Source: a virus. From it: a stretch of DNA of 64,000 bases. Positions within the stretch are counted from its first letter, which is position 1. The number at the start of each line of letters is the position of its first letter. The notes under the pieces are model-generated. The model did no database searches, had not been told where the DNA came from, and saw only the letters and a list, made by a program, of their open reading frames with translations. Made by a program: the position numbers and the translations under genes. Of this stretch, positions 44,984 through 54,797 are shown piece by piece. The stretch covers positions 769 to 64,768 of the IMG/VR virus record IMGVR_UViG_3300033489_000009; one strand, 5' to 3'.

Positions 44984-45799
44984 TCAGGTGGCGGGTAGTC
45001 CGGTACGGAGCTCGAGGAGGACCTGATGGGCGACAGCCGCCGGGTCCACGGATGAGGGCAGGTGGGGTGCGATCGCCGCAGCGAGCGCGGCGACGTCGAC
45101 CGTCGCTGCGGGCGGGGTCGGAGACCTCAACCACGCCGGGATCGTGGGCACCGCATCGGCACCCTTGGCGGTGATCGGCTGAACCTTCCCCCCCTTGCCG
45201 GCGTAGGCGGCCACAGTGTCCGGGTGGGTGACGTACCGCTTCCCGGAGGCTCCGATGTCCCAGACGCGGCCGTCAGGGGTCTCGTACAGGTCCACTGCTT
45301 CTCCCATGGGTGAGGTGACGGCCGGCTTGGGGGTGTAGTCGATCCGGCCGAAGCCGATGATCAGGGATCGGGGGCGGCGGCGGGCCATCACCTCACCGCC
45401 ATTTGACTGCGACCCGGTCAGGGACGTGTTGCCCTCGATGGTGTCGACGAACCCGGCGTCCCACGCTGCGGCCGAGCGGACGAACGCGACATGCTCCGGG
45501 CCAGGGTCGGCGTCGAAGTTGAACCAGACGACGTCCCCGGCCGCCGGGCGGCTGGTGTAGAACGCGCCGTGCGCGCGGGCGTCAGCGATCCCGGCCGGGG
45601 TGTAGACGAACCGGCGGACGGTCGTCCAGTCCGGTGTCGCATGGACCTTGGCCAGGACCCACCAGACGAACGCGCCGCACCAGGAGCCGCCCTGGAACTC
45701 GGGCAGCACCGACCAGTAGCCGACCCTGTTCGAGCCCGGCGGGGACTCGGTGGTGCCGACCTCGGCTGCGGCGATCCGCAGCGCATCCGACGCGGACAT
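44984..45799 (-). CDS. Endolysin, CHAP domain
   Basis: EVGTTE.PPGSN, WCGAFV (Cys), GDVV.F, EHV (His), TIEGNT. Confidence 0.92.
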   Translation of the reverse strand: MSASDALRIAAAEVGTTESPPGSNRVGYWSVLPEFQGGSWCGAFVWWVLAKVHATPDWTTVRRFVYTPAGIADARAHGAFYTSRPAAGDVVWFNFDADPGPEHVAFVRSAAAWDAGFVDTIEGNTSLTGSQSNGGEVMARRRPRSLIIGFGRIDYTPKPAVTSPMGEAVDLYETPDGRVWDIGASGKRYVTHPDTVAAYAGKGGKVQPITAKGADAVPTIPAWLRSPTPPAATVDVAALAAAIAPHLPSSVDPAAVAHQVLLELRTGLPAT

Positions 45800-45812
45800 G
45801 CGGCCCCCCCTC

Positions 45813-46349
45813 TCAGAGTGGAATGACGACGATGCGGCGGAACGCGAACGTCCCCGTCCCACCATCGACCTGATACTTCGCGGTGAACGTGTTCGACCCG
45901 GGGGTCAGGTCCCCCGACCTGAAGGACAGCGCGGTGGACCGGACCAGGTTCGACGCACCCGGGTCGGCGATCAGCGCGCTGGTCGCCGCCGCCGCGATCG
46001 TCGTGGCCCCGGACACGGCGTGACCCATGTAGGAGGACAGGCCGCCGGAGTTGGCGATCCGGGACGTCATGAAGACCAGCGCGGACGGCCCGGTGGTCAC
46101 GGTGACCTGCGGCCCGGTAGTCGTCAGGTCCACGAAGCTGGTGCTTGTCGTCGACTCCCCCGCCTCGACACTGTGCCCGGTGATGGTCCGGGCCGCGATC
46201 GAATTGACGCCGGTCGCGACGAAAATCTGGGATGCGGCCGTGGCTTTGGCCGGGGCCGTGCAGTTCAAGTTGTCCCGGACGTAGGTATTAAATTGCGCGG
46301 CCGTGAACGCGCTGTTCGCTACCGCCGTCATCGGCGCGGTCCATGCCAT
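45813..46349 (-). CDS. Minor tail protein
   Basis: MAWTAPMTAVA....TAAQFNTYVRDNL N-terminus typical of actinophage tail-tip proteins; beta-rich. Confidence 0.75.
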   Translation of the reverse strand: MAWTAPMTAVANSAFTAAQFNTYVRDNLNCTAPAKATAASQIFVATGVNSIAARTITGHSVEAGESTTSTSFVDLTTTGPQVTVTTGPSALVFMTSRIANSGGLSSYMGHAVSGATTIAAAATSALIADPGASNLVRSTALSFRSGDLTPGSNTFTAKYQVDGGTGTFAFRRIVVIPL

Positions 46350-46678
46350 TACGCCACAACTCCTTCATGCTCGAACGTCTCCGCCATCAGGTCCTCAACC
46401 CGCTGCCCGTGCGGGGCCCCGGCCGCCAGCGCGAGCGGATGCCCGGCCGGGAACCAGTTCCGGTGCTGCGGTGCCACCCTGACTGCGAGCGCCTGCCAGA
46501 TCCGGGCCGCATCGTCCGGCCATGAGACGAGGGCGACCTTCCCGCAGTTGCTGCACGCGTAGGCATCCTGGCCCGGGTCGAGTTTCTCCGCGTTGCCGCA
46601 CCCGTCCGGACAGTCCGCTATCCACCTGCCCCAATTGGCGTAGGCGGCCGCCCGGTCAGCTGGCGAATAGGCCGTCAT
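46349..46678 (-). CDS. Small Zn-binding tail-region protein
   Basis: ANWGRWIADCP..CGNA...C..CG...WP...RNW.P motif. Confidence 0.65.
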   Translation of the reverse strand: MTAYSPADRAAAYANWGRWIADCPDGCGNAEKLDPGQDAYACSNCGKVALVSWPDDAARIWQALAVRVAPQHRNWFPAGHPLALAAGAPHGQRVEDLMAETFEHEGVVA

Positions 46679-48986
46679 TGAATCCCTGCCCGTCGGTGTC
46701 GAACACGAATAGTGGGGTGACGACCGTCGCCGATTTCGCGAGCAAGCCCTGGTTGAACCCGGCACCCTCGACGTCGAACCTGAACGGGTTCGTGATCTGC
46801 GCGGGGGCCTGCTCGGCGGTGAACGTCGTGACATGTGCCGGGCCGGCGGCGATCTCGTGGGCGATCCGCTCGATGAAGAAGGAGCCGTTGACGCCGGACT
46901 GGTCCTCGCTGACGGTGACCTGGTCGGACAGTGCCCGTTCCAGCTGCTCGGCCAGGCGGGCCGTGTTCCCGCTCACCTTGAAGGTGATCATCGGGAGTCG
47001 GTCGGCGTAGTAGGTGGTGATGATGTTCGCAATCGCGGCAGCGTCGTTGGCGTTGACCCAGGGGACTTCCCGCGTGTAGGAGCGGGGCCCGTAGGTGTCG
47101 ACCGAGGCGGTGTCCTCGACGACGGTCTGGATGGTGGTGGCGACCCGGACGGGGCTGGCACGCAACGCCATCGAGGCGACGGTGGCCGCCCCGGACGTGG
47201 CGGTCACGGAGATGGTGACCGCGGCTCCGGAGGTGCGGGACAGGGTGGCGACCACTCCCCCGCCGGAGGACAGGGTGAAGTCCGTCGGGTCAGTGGGGGT
47301 GATCGCGGCCAGGAACGGGTCGCTGCTGGAGGCGACGATCTGGACCGTCTCCCCGTCCGCGAGGGTGAACTGGGTGTCGGAGGACCAGATCTGCTCGGGC
47401 AGGCCGGTGCACGCCCGGACCTGGGAGGTGATCTCGACGCGGTTGGCCAGGGCCCGCCATCCCGCGTCGTAGGTGAACCCGGAGTCCAGGGCTTGAGGTT
47501 CATCGCCGCCGCCCGCGAGCACGGCCTGCGCATACCTCGACCGGTCACGCAGGTACCGGTGGGTGCGGTCCCGGAACACCAACTGCCCGGTCCCGTCGAC
47601 CGCTATCAGCGCGGGTGGCCCCTCAGCGCGGACCAGGCGGCGGAGCGCATCCAGCGCGGTGGTGCCCTCCTCCCACCACCAGGCGATCGCCGTGTGCCCG
47701 GCGTCCAGGTCCCGCAGTCCGGCGGGCCAGCCCGCCACGTCGAGGACATAGCCGATGGCCTGCCCGGTGGACACGCCCCGGTACAGGGGGGTGGAGATGG
47801 TGACCTGCGCGAGACGGCCGAGACCGTCCAGGCAGGTCAGCTCAACCGACCGGTCCCCCAGCGACGGCCGCACGGTGTAGTCGTCGAGGTTGCCGCGGAA
47901 CAGGTTGTAGACGCTGGTCCCGAAGGTGGCGCGGACGGCGACCTCCCGGCCCGGGCCGAGGAGACCAGCCAGGGGGCTGGACCCGTTCTCCGGGCTGTAA
48001 TCCCGGCTGGAGTTCTGCAGGACGAACTGGGCTTCCCCGGCGGAGCAGTCGTCGACGGCCCGCGACGGGCTGTTCCGCCCGCCCTGGATGGACACCGCAT
48101 GCCGGGAGCCCAGGGTCCGGGCGGTGACGTCGTCGCCGACCCCACCGAAGCTCCCGTCGCCGGCCCAGTCGACCAGCACCTGGTAGGTGGCGGCCGTCCC
48201 CTCAGGGATGGGCACGGTCTCCGGGAGGGTGAACGTCAGGTCATCGGTCAGACCGAGACTGTCGGTGCCCTCGATCAGGATCGACGTCTCGATACCGGGG
48301 TCGGTGACGCCGATGCTGTCGGTGATCTCCCACAGCAGGGACGGGATCCCGATCTCGGTGGCGGATCCGAGGTTGGTGGCGATGTCGTCGATCCGCCACG
48401 TGGCGAGCGTCGCCGAGGACCCTTTGCCGAACCGGACGCGGGTCGCGTCCGCGGCGGTGGTGAACGACGACACGGTCAGGGTGTCGTCCGGGGTGGCCGA
48501 GTCGCCGGTGTACAGCTTGTACGTCGCCGACCCGCTGCTGCCATTGAGGCCGGTGCCGTAGAAGCTGATCCGGTACCAGACGCCTGTGGTGAGCGCCACG
48601 GACGAGGTGTCGAGCGTTGATGCGCCGACGATCTCCATCAGCCCCGTGGACCGCAGCTGTAGCCGCAGGATGTGGCTGTTACCGGACGATCGGAGCCCCA
48701 CCGGGAACTGGACGGTGGCGTCCGGAAGGCCGGTCAACCGCAGGTAGAACCGGACACTGAAGTCGGTCGCGCCGGTGTCGTCCATCGACAGGTAGCAGGA
48801 CGTCGCCGCTGTCGCCTGGGTCAGTTCGCCGCCGAGCGCCCCGTGCATCGGCGTGGTCGTCGAGTAGGTGATGGTCCCGCCGGACCCGGGGACGACCTCG
48901 GAGAGCTGGTCACCGGACCCGGTGTCGGAGGTGGTGATCCCGACGCCGTCGGAGCCGCCCTCGAAGGTGAACGTCTTCAGGCTCAT
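46656..48986 (-). CDS. Minor tail protein (lectin-like N-terminus plus tail-tip/hub region)
   Basis: 776 aa; N-terminal beta-sandwich (WYRI..Y...DD.A), then VDW...DDVT, F.G.LDD and DASV..YG.R motifs. Confidence 0.8.
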   Translation of the reverse strand: MSLKTFTFEGGSDGVGITTSDTGSGDQLSEVVPGSGGTITYSTTTPMHGALGGELTQATAATSCYLSMDDTGATDFSVRFYLRLTGLPDATVQFPVGLRSSGNSHILRLQLRSTGLMEIVGASTLDTSSVALTTGVWYRISFYGTGLNGSSGSATYKLYTGDSATPDDTLTVSSFTTAADATRVRFGKGSSATLATWRIDDIATNLGSATEIGIPSLLWEITDSIGVTDPGIETSILIEGTDSLGLTDDLTFTLPETVPIPEGTAATYQVLVDWAGDGSFGGVGDDVTARTLGSRHAVSIQGGRNSPSRAVDDCSAGEAQFVLQNSSRDYSPENGSSPLAGLLGPGREVAVRATFGTSVYNLFRGNLDDYTVRPSLGDRSVELTCLDGLGRLAQVTISTPLYRGVSTGQAIGYVLDVAGWPAGLRDLDAGHTAIAWWWEEGTTALDALRRLVRAEGPPALIAVDGTGQLVFRDRTHRYLRDRSRYAQAVLAGGGDEPQALDSGFTYDAGWRALANRVEITSQVRACTGLPEQIWSSDTQFTLADGETVQIVASSSDPFLAAITPTDPTDFTLSSGGGVVATLSRTSGAAVTISVTATSGAATVASMALRASPVRVATTIQTVVEDTASVDTYGPRSYTREVPWVNANDAAAIANIITTYYADRLPMITFKVSGNTARLAEQLERALSDQVTVSEDQSGVNGSFFIERIAHEIAAGPAHVTTFTAEQAPAQITNPFRFDVEGAGFNQGLLAKSATVVTPLFVFDTDGQGFNDGLFAS

Positions 48987-49942
48987 CCGTACACCCGGAT
49001 CGTGACCGGGGTGCCGGTGTCGTCGTAGACGTTCCCGGACGCGGTGTAGAAGGCGCCGGTCTTGATGTCGATGGTGTGCCCGGTGTTGTACTGGTTACGG
49101 CCGAAACGGTTGCTGGTCCAGGACCCGAGGTTGTTCCCCGCGTTCGTGGCCTTGGCCGCGTTGCTACCGATCTCGCCGCCGTAGAACCAGTTCTTGGAGA
49201 TCGTCATCCCGGTGATCGCACCCACGTTCGGGGTGATCATCAGGCAGGACGTGCCCCTGTGCCCCGCCTCACCGACCCGCGACCACGGCGAATCCCCGAC
49301 GCTCGTGTCGATGATCCCCGTGAAGTAGTTGCCGCGCAGGACCATCCCGGCGCCGCCCTGGATCTGCACCCCGTCACAGTGCGACCCGTCAGTGTGGCCC
49401 GCGGCCGGGTAGAAGAACGCGTGGTCGGCGATGTAGCACATCTCGATCGTCACGCCGAGCGCCCCGGTCGGGGAGGAGGTGTTGAAGACGCCGAACCCGT
49501 CGACGCAGTGGCGGACCCGGCAGCGGCGGGCCACGAAGTGGTGGCCGAGGATGGCGTCGAGGCTCTGGTCGGGGGTCTCTGCCTGGAAGAGGGAGTCCTC
49601 GACGACGATGTTCGCGGCGCTGCCGCTGGTGCACGTCAGCAGGCCCTGGGAGCTGGTGGGGGCGGCGTTGCCGTAGAACCCGCAGTTGCGGAAGTACTTA
49701 AGCCCGGATGTGTTAACGATCACCTGGCCGTGGAAGTCGTGGGAGTCGTAGGACTGCGCCCCCGACGGGACGGTGAAGGTGCCCGAGTGGGAGGTGCGGG
49801 TGGGGTTGTACAGGGCCGTGGACAGGATGCCGGTGTTGCTGGCGGTGGGCTGGTCGACGCCCCAGACCATCGCGTCGCGTGCGGCCCAGGGGTCGGACAG
49901 GCCGGCCCCCAGTTCCCATCGCAGCCCGCTGGTCAGCGCCAT
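48983..49942 (-). CDS. Right-handed beta-helix protein (possible depolymerase/tail spike)
   Basis: Asn/Gly/Cys-ladder pattern, HCDGVQIQGG, VLRGNYF, ISKNWFYGG, SNRFGR. Confidence 0.75.
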   Translation of the reverse strand: MALTSGLRWELGAGLSDPWAARDAMVWGVDQPTASNTGILSTALYNPTRTSHSGTFTVPSGAQSYDSHDFHGQVIVNTSGLKYFRNCGFYGNAAPTSSQGLLTCTSGSAANIVVEDSLFQAETPDQSLDAILGHHFVARRCRVRHCVDGFGVFNTSSPTGALGVTIEMCYIADHAFFYPAAGHTDGSHCDGVQIQGGAGMVLRGNYFTGIIDTSVGDSPWSRVGEAGHRGTSCLMITPNVGAITGMTISKNWFYGGEIGSNAAKATNAGNNLGSWTSNRFGRNQYNTGHTIDIKTGAFYTASGNVYDDTGTPVTIRVYG

Positions 49943-49948
49943 GTCAGG

Positions 49949-50548
49949 TCAGGCCCCGAGGAGCACGTGGTGCCACAGGGCTGTGGCGGCCAGGTCGGCG
50001 GTCTTATCCGCGGCCGGACTGATCAGCGCGCGGGCGATCGTGTTGGCGGCCGTGCTCGTGGCGTTGGTGGCGGAGTCGTTGACGATCACGATCTCGGAGA
50101 TCGCGGAGTTCGTTGCGACCCCTGCGGCCCAGGTGACCTGGTAGGTGGCCTGCCAGCCCGCGTCGGTCCCGGTCACCGCCGTCGCTGTCGGGAAGCTCGC
50201 GTCGAACGCGGCGTTGCTCGCCGACAGGTAGGTGACCAGCGCGCCGCCGGCACCGGACTTGGCGACCGCCGTGGTGCCCGTGCCGAGTTTCATCCCGGTG
50301 ACCTTGGTCGGTGCGGCCGGGTTCGCCGGAGACACCCCGGCGATCGCCATCTGCGTGTAGTACTGGTCCCCCGCCGTGGTGATCAGATTGTGGAAAGGGA
50401 TGATCTGCCGGCCGACGAGGAGGATCCCGTACCCGAACATCTCGACCCGGTTGCGGACGGCGAGGGCTACTCCCCCGGCGTGGGCTGTGGCGAGGGCCTC
50501 GGCGACGTCCCGGCGGCCGGGCCCCCTGACATGCATGGTGGCGGTCAC
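49949..50548 (-). CDS. Minor tail / collar-like protein
   Basis: HNLITTAGDQY...MKLGTG.TA...TW.AG.ATN..I.E; GTG start overlaps the tape measure stop. Confidence 0.65.
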   Translation of the reverse strand: MTATMHVRGPGRRDVAEALATAHAGGVALAVRNRVEMFGYGILLVGRQIIPFHNLITTAGDQYYTQMAIAGVSPANPAAPTKVTGMKLGTGTTAVAKSGAGGALVTYLSASNAAFDASFPTATAVTGTDAGWQATYQVTWAAGVATNSAISEIVIVNDSATNATSTAANTIARALISPAADKTADLAATALWHHVLLGA

Positions 50549-52605
50549 AGTCGGCCCTTCCGTTTCAGGTTGTTGACGGCCTGCTGGAGCCAGTCCTCGA
50601 GCTGGGACTGGCTGCCGATCGGCGCGTACACGTTCAGCTGGACCAAGCCAGCGCCCGCCCGGCCGGCACCGGCGAGCATCCGCTCGGTGTCCGGGTTGGA
50701 CCACACCCGCGACCCGGCCGGGAGAGCGACCGGCCCCGCGCCGGCGGGGATCTCGACGAGCTCCCGGCCCTGCTCGGCCAGGTCGGTCCACCCGTTGCGG
50801 GGCCCGCCCTCCGCCGCCCGCCCGACCCCGCCGACGATCCCGCCGTGCGCCTGGGCGTTGCGGGCCGAGTACGGGACCTGCTGGTTGTACGTCGACTGCC
50901 GGTCCTGCCGGTACCGGGTCGTGACCGTGACCGTGATGGACCGGGGGATCCCCAGCAGCGCGTTGGCCAAGTTCCGGGCCTGCCCGGCCGTCAAGCCCAT
51001 CTGCCGGGCCGTCTTCATCAGCCGGTCCCGGGCGGTTTCCAGGATCCGGTTCTGCGCCGCCTGAGACCCGCCCGCCTTCGCCACGGCATCCCGCCACCGC
51101 AGCGCCGAGGAGGCGATGTCGTCCAGGGCTGCCTGGTTCTCCCGGCCCTTCGCCGTGTGCACGTTCAACGTCCGGCCGTTACGTTTCAGCGCCTCCGTGG
51201 CGGCGTCGATCGCAGCCTCGTAGCCGCGCTGGTCGGCGCGCTGCTCCAGCAGCTCGTCCGCCAGCTGCCGCATGCTCTTCTTCACGGCCTTCGCGGCGCC
51301 GTCGAGGTTCGTGAACGACCGGGCAAGGTCAGCGCTGGAGCCGGTGACACCGTCGGCGGCGACCTTCGTCGGGTCGAGGGCGTCCTGCAGCAGCTTCAGG
51401 CCCTTGCTGACGTCGCCGTGGAAGATGTCCGTCATCCCGGCGCCGGCGATCGCTACCCGCCGGAACACCTCGATCAGGCCGATAACGACGGCCATCACAT
51501 CGTCCAGGGCCATCGCCACCTCGGGGCCCAAATTCCCGAAGGTGGCCAACAGGTTGCCGATCTCGGAGCCCAGGACGGGCAGGTTCTTCGCGATCACGTC
51601 GATGACCGGACCGGCGGCCTGCAGCATGTGGACGAACCCAGGCAAGGCGTTGTGCGCCAGGCCGATGAAACCCTCAGTCAGGGGGGCGATGAACTGGCCG
51701 ACCGTGTCGAACGCTTTCCGGATCTGCGGCAGGTCCCGCACCAGCCCGGCCTTGACCATGTCCAGGGCGTGCGCGACCGGCCCGGCGAGCCCGGCGGATG
51801 CCTGCTCGAACCCGTTGACGAAAGTGCGGCCCAGGCTGGTGCCGGCCTTCTCGACGGCCGGGTCCCCCTTCTGCAGGTACCCGCCGAGTCCGGCGACGCC
51901 GACGACCCCACCGGCGGTGATCGCCCCGGCGACCGCAGCGATCAGCGGCCCGGACAGCAGCGCCCCGGCGGCGATCAGCCCGGGCATCAGCCCGGACGAG
52001 AAGTTCCGGGAGAACGATGCGCTCGAGGCCATGCCGGACTTGCTGGCCGCATCCTCGAGCTGGTGGAGGCCGGACTCGGCCTTGGCCTTGTCGACGTCGG
52101 CGTCGATGTTGACGGTCTTGCCGTCGATGCGGTCCGCGAGGCGTTGCAGGTCCGCCAGCTTGGCTTCGGCGGCTGTGACGTCGGCGTCGGCCTTGACCTT
52201 CACGTCACCGGCCGCGTCGGCGGCGGCGGTCTTCAGGTCGGCGAGTTTCTGCTGCGCGGCCGCGATGTCGGCGTCCACCTGGACCCGGATCACGGTCTGC
52301 CGTTTGGCCAGGTCGTCGGCCTGGTCGCGCATCACTTTCAGCTTTGCGTCGGCTGCGGCGATGTCGGCGTCGATCTTGATTTTCGCGTCGCCGGTCGCCG
52401 TCTTGGCCTGCTCGCGGAGCTTGGTCAGCTTCTGCTCGGCGGCGATGACGTCGGCGTCGATCCGCAGCTTCTTCGCGTTGAGCTCGTTGAGCATCCGCTC
52501 GACGTCGCCCTTGAACTTCTTGGCCTTCGCATCCGCCGCCGCGAGCGCGGTGCCGGAGTCGTCGCGGCCGCGGACGACGATCTCGATCTCGTTGCTGTCG
52601 CTCAC
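50545..52605 (-). CDS. Tape measure protein (686 aa)
   Basis: MSDSNEIEIVVRGRD start, Ala-rich helical repeats, C-terminal GG...GE.G.E-like motif; follows the chaperone pair. Confidence 0.9.
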   Translation of the reverse strand: MSDSNEIEIVVRGRDDSGTALAAADAKAKKFKGDVERMLNELNAKKLRIDADVIAAEQKLTKLREQAKTATGDAKIKIDADIAAADAKLKVMRDQADDLAKRQTVIRVQVDADIAAAQQKLADLKTAAADAAGDVKVKADADVTAAEAKLADLQRLADRIDGKTVNIDADVDKAKAESGLHQLEDAASKSGMASSASFSRNFSSGLMPGLIAAGALLSGPLIAAVAGAITAGGVVGVAGLGGYLQKGDPAVEKAGTSLGRTFVNGFEQASAGLAGPVAHALDMVKAGLVRDLPQIRKAFDTVGQFIAPLTEGFIGLAHNALPGFVHMLQAAGPVIDVIAKNLPVLGSEIGNLLATFGNLGPEVAMALDDVMAVVIGLIEVFRRVAIAGAGMTDIFHGDVSKGLKLLQDALDPTKVAADGVTGSSADLARSFTNLDGAAKAVKKSMRQLADELLEQRADQRGYEAAIDAATEALKRNGRTLNVHTAKGRENQAALDDIASSALRWRDAVAKAGGSQAAQNRILETARDRLMKTARQMGLTAGQARNLANALLGIPRSITVTVTTRYRQDRQSTYNQQVPYSARNAQAHGGIVGGVGRAAEGGPRNGWTDLAEQGRELVEIPAGAGPVALPAGSRVWSNPDTERMLAGAGRAGAGLVQLNVYAPIGSQSQLEDWLQQAVNNLKRKGRL

Positions 52606-53185
52606 CCTCCTGGGTCACCTCCCTCCGACAGGTCGGGCTGGCCGCGGTTCTCGATGCGGATCAGCTGCAGCAGCTCCGCGTCCTCGGCGAGGACCGCGGA
52701 CGGCAGGACGTGGAACCGGTCGCAGAGCGCGAGGATCGCCTGCGCCCGGCTCAGCTCGGCGGGCTTACCGGCAGGGACTCCATCGGCAGTGACACCTCCG
52801 GGGCAGTCGGCCCAGGAGTCGAGGGACCGCCCAAAGGGTCGGGGACACCCGCCGCGGCGGTCATCCATTCCCTGGCCAGACGGGTCACGTCCGGGATCTC
52901 CAGCAGGCCCAGCCCGGCCCGAGTGGCGGGGATCGGGTCGCCTCCGTCGGTGAGGTTCCAGTCGAGGAGCCCGCCGGCCATCACATCCAGGACGGGGGCG
53001 AGCTGCCGGATCTGCTCGGCCTGGCCGGTGGCGTGAGCGGCTGCATCGACAGCCTCGGTGAGGGTCAGGAGGTCATCGACGGACAGGGACCGCATCCGCA
53101 CCTGCGCCCCGGCGAGCTCCGTGTCGTCGGCGAACACCAGCTTGAAGACGCGGCGGGAGATCTGATGGCCCACGGCGGCGGTCAC
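52602..53185 (-). CDS. Tail assembly chaperone pair with programmed -1 frameshift (short form 52751-53185; long form to 52602)
   Basis: In-frame slippery heptamer C CCT TTG (52832-38); the -1 frame reads ...PAELSRAQAILALCDRFHVLPSAVLAEDAELLQLIRIE up to the tape measure start. Confidence 0.85.
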
Positions 53186-53586
53186 GTCCAGGTCGGCGCG
53201 GTGCCGTTGGACAGGGCCCCCGGCACCGCGAACGTGAGCTCCGCGGACGCCGACCGGGTCAGCGGGTAGTCGGTGAGGATCTGCTCGGCGGTCATCGTCT
53301 TCGACGCGATCGTCCAGATGCACGTCCGCGACACGGACGTGGTGGGGATCGTGGAGAACACCAGGTGGGACAGGGCGGCGTTGAAGACGCCGTTCAGCGT
53401 CGAGGAGAAGTCGGCCAGGAGCAGGAGCCGCTCCATCGCGGCCTTGTCGAGGCCCGTGGTGTCCTGCACCCCGCGCGGCGTGGCGAACTGGAAGTTCGTG
53501 ATGTCGTTGCGGACGTCGGTGGCGGACGTGCCCGTCGAATCATCAACTGTCAGCGTCGTCCACGACAAACCGGACTGTTTGGCCAA
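53182..53586 (-). CDS. Tail tube-like protein (short paralog)
   Basis: MAKQSGL...DTTGLDKAAMERLLLLADFS.TLNG.FN. Confidence 0.75.
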   Translation of the reverse strand: MAKQSGLSWTTLTVDDSTGTSATDVRNDITNFQFATPRGVQDTTGLDKAAMERLLLLADFSSTLNGVFNAALSHLVFSTIPTTSVSRTCIWTIASKTMTAEQILTDYPLTRSASAELTFAVPGALSNGTAPTWT

Positions 53587-53592
53587 AGCTGG

Positions 53593-54045
53593 TCACCCTC
53601 TCTGGATCTGGTCGGCGATGCGCTGCTGATGGGTCCCGAAGTCGTCGATCCAGTCGTCCGGGCGGGTGTGCCGGTAGACCTCACCGGTCGGGTTGCCGCG
53701 CCAGTCCCCGCCGCGGCGCAGGAACAGCTCCTGCCGGTCCAGCAGCACCCGGTGCGTCGACGCACGGAAGCACGGCTGCCCCGGCGGGAAGGTGAACCGC
53801 AGGAACCCGTCCTCGGTCCGCTCCTCGACCACCCACCGCCGGCCAGAGGACCGGATCGTGCCCTCCTCGAGGGAGCCGGGCAGGACGGTGGTGGCCCACC
53901 CGCGCTCGTGATGCTCGCAGCCGACCTCCTGGCAGGTCGCGGCCCGCCAGTGGGTGGTCAGGGGTGAGACGACCTGGTAGGTCTGCATCGCCGCCGCTGG
54001 CAGCAGCGGCTGGATCCGCTGCCCTTCCGGGCTGGGTACGGTCAT
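53593..54045 (-). CDS. Conserved tail-region hypothetical protein
   Basis: QTYQV..P...RAATC.EV.C.H...GW...F.F.PGQ.CF...R.GDWRGNP. Confidence 0.7.
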   Translation of the reverse strand: MTVPSPEGQRIQPLLPAAAMQTYQVVSPLTTHWRAATCQEVGCEHHERGWATTVLPGSLEEGTIRSSGRRWVVEERTEDGFLRFTFPPGQPCFRASTHRVLLDRQELFLRRGGDWRGNPTGEVYRHTRPDDWIDDFGTHQQRIADQIQRG

Positions 54046-54794
54046 CAGAACGCCACCTCTGTGACGTTGCGGGCGAACATGACCGCGAACACTGCGGAGG
54101 TGAAGGTGCCGGTAGTGACGGCGCGGACGTACCGGCGGACCGTGGCGTCCCGGGCACCGGCCAGCCGCTGCCAGCCGGGGCCCGGCGCAGCAACCGCGGT
54201 GAACGCGGCACCGGTCAGGGCCGCGAACCCGCTGCCCGCGGACGCGGAGTCCTCCAGGGCGACCGTGACCGACGTGCCGGCCACGGAGAACACCTGCACG
54301 TACGCCTGCCACCCGAACGCCGTGGTGACATCGGTGAGATCGACTGAAGTGCCGTCCGTGGCTGCAGTGTCGGTCCGCTTCCCGGCGGTCAGCAGCCGGC
54401 CCCATTCGAGGCCGTACCCGTTCGCGACGGCGTCGACGGCCAGGAGCAGTTCCCCTTCCCGGCTGCGGTCCGGGTCGTAGTTGGTCTGCTTGCCGATCAT
54501 CGCGGCTGCGGGGTTGCCGAGGGTGGTGCCCCGGCAGTACATGAGGTGCACGTCCGTGGTGGGCAGCGTCGAGAGGAGCGCGTGCTCCTGACCGGCTGCC
54601 GGGTTGAAGAAGCTGGTCCAGGCCATGGCGCCGTCCCGGCCGCCGCCGATCCGCTCGTGCGCGTCCTTGTTCAGGCCGGTGGTGTCGAACAGCTTCGCTG
54701 GCCCGCCGGAGACACGGCGCAACTGCTGGGTGTCTCCGGACAGGTCGACGCCGGCGGCGTAGAAGTTGTCGCCGAGCGCGGATTCCTTTGCCAT
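54045..54794 (-). CDS. Major tail / tail tube-like protein (long paralog)
   Basis: MAKESALGD...DLSGD...DTTGLNKDAHERIGGGRDG...F.P, plus an extra C-terminal beta domain. Confidence 0.8.
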   Translation of the reverse strand: MAKESALGDNFYAAGVDLSGDTQQLRRVSGGPAKLFDTTGLNKDAHERIGGGRDGAMAWTSFFNPAAGQEHALLSTLPTTDVHLMYCRGTTLGNPAAAMIGKQTNYDPDRSREGELLLAVDAVANGYGLEWGRLLTAGKRTDTAATDGTSVDLTDVTTAFGWQAYVQVFSVAGTSVTVALEDSASAGSGFAALTGAAFTAVAAPGPGWQRLAGARDATVRRYVRAVTTGTFTSAVFAVMFARNVTEVAF

Positions 54795-54797
54795 CCG

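Noticed and set aside
52140-52460. Repeats in the tape measure N-terminus (DADIAAA units) as a separate element
   Set aside because: Ordinary tape measure helical repeats.
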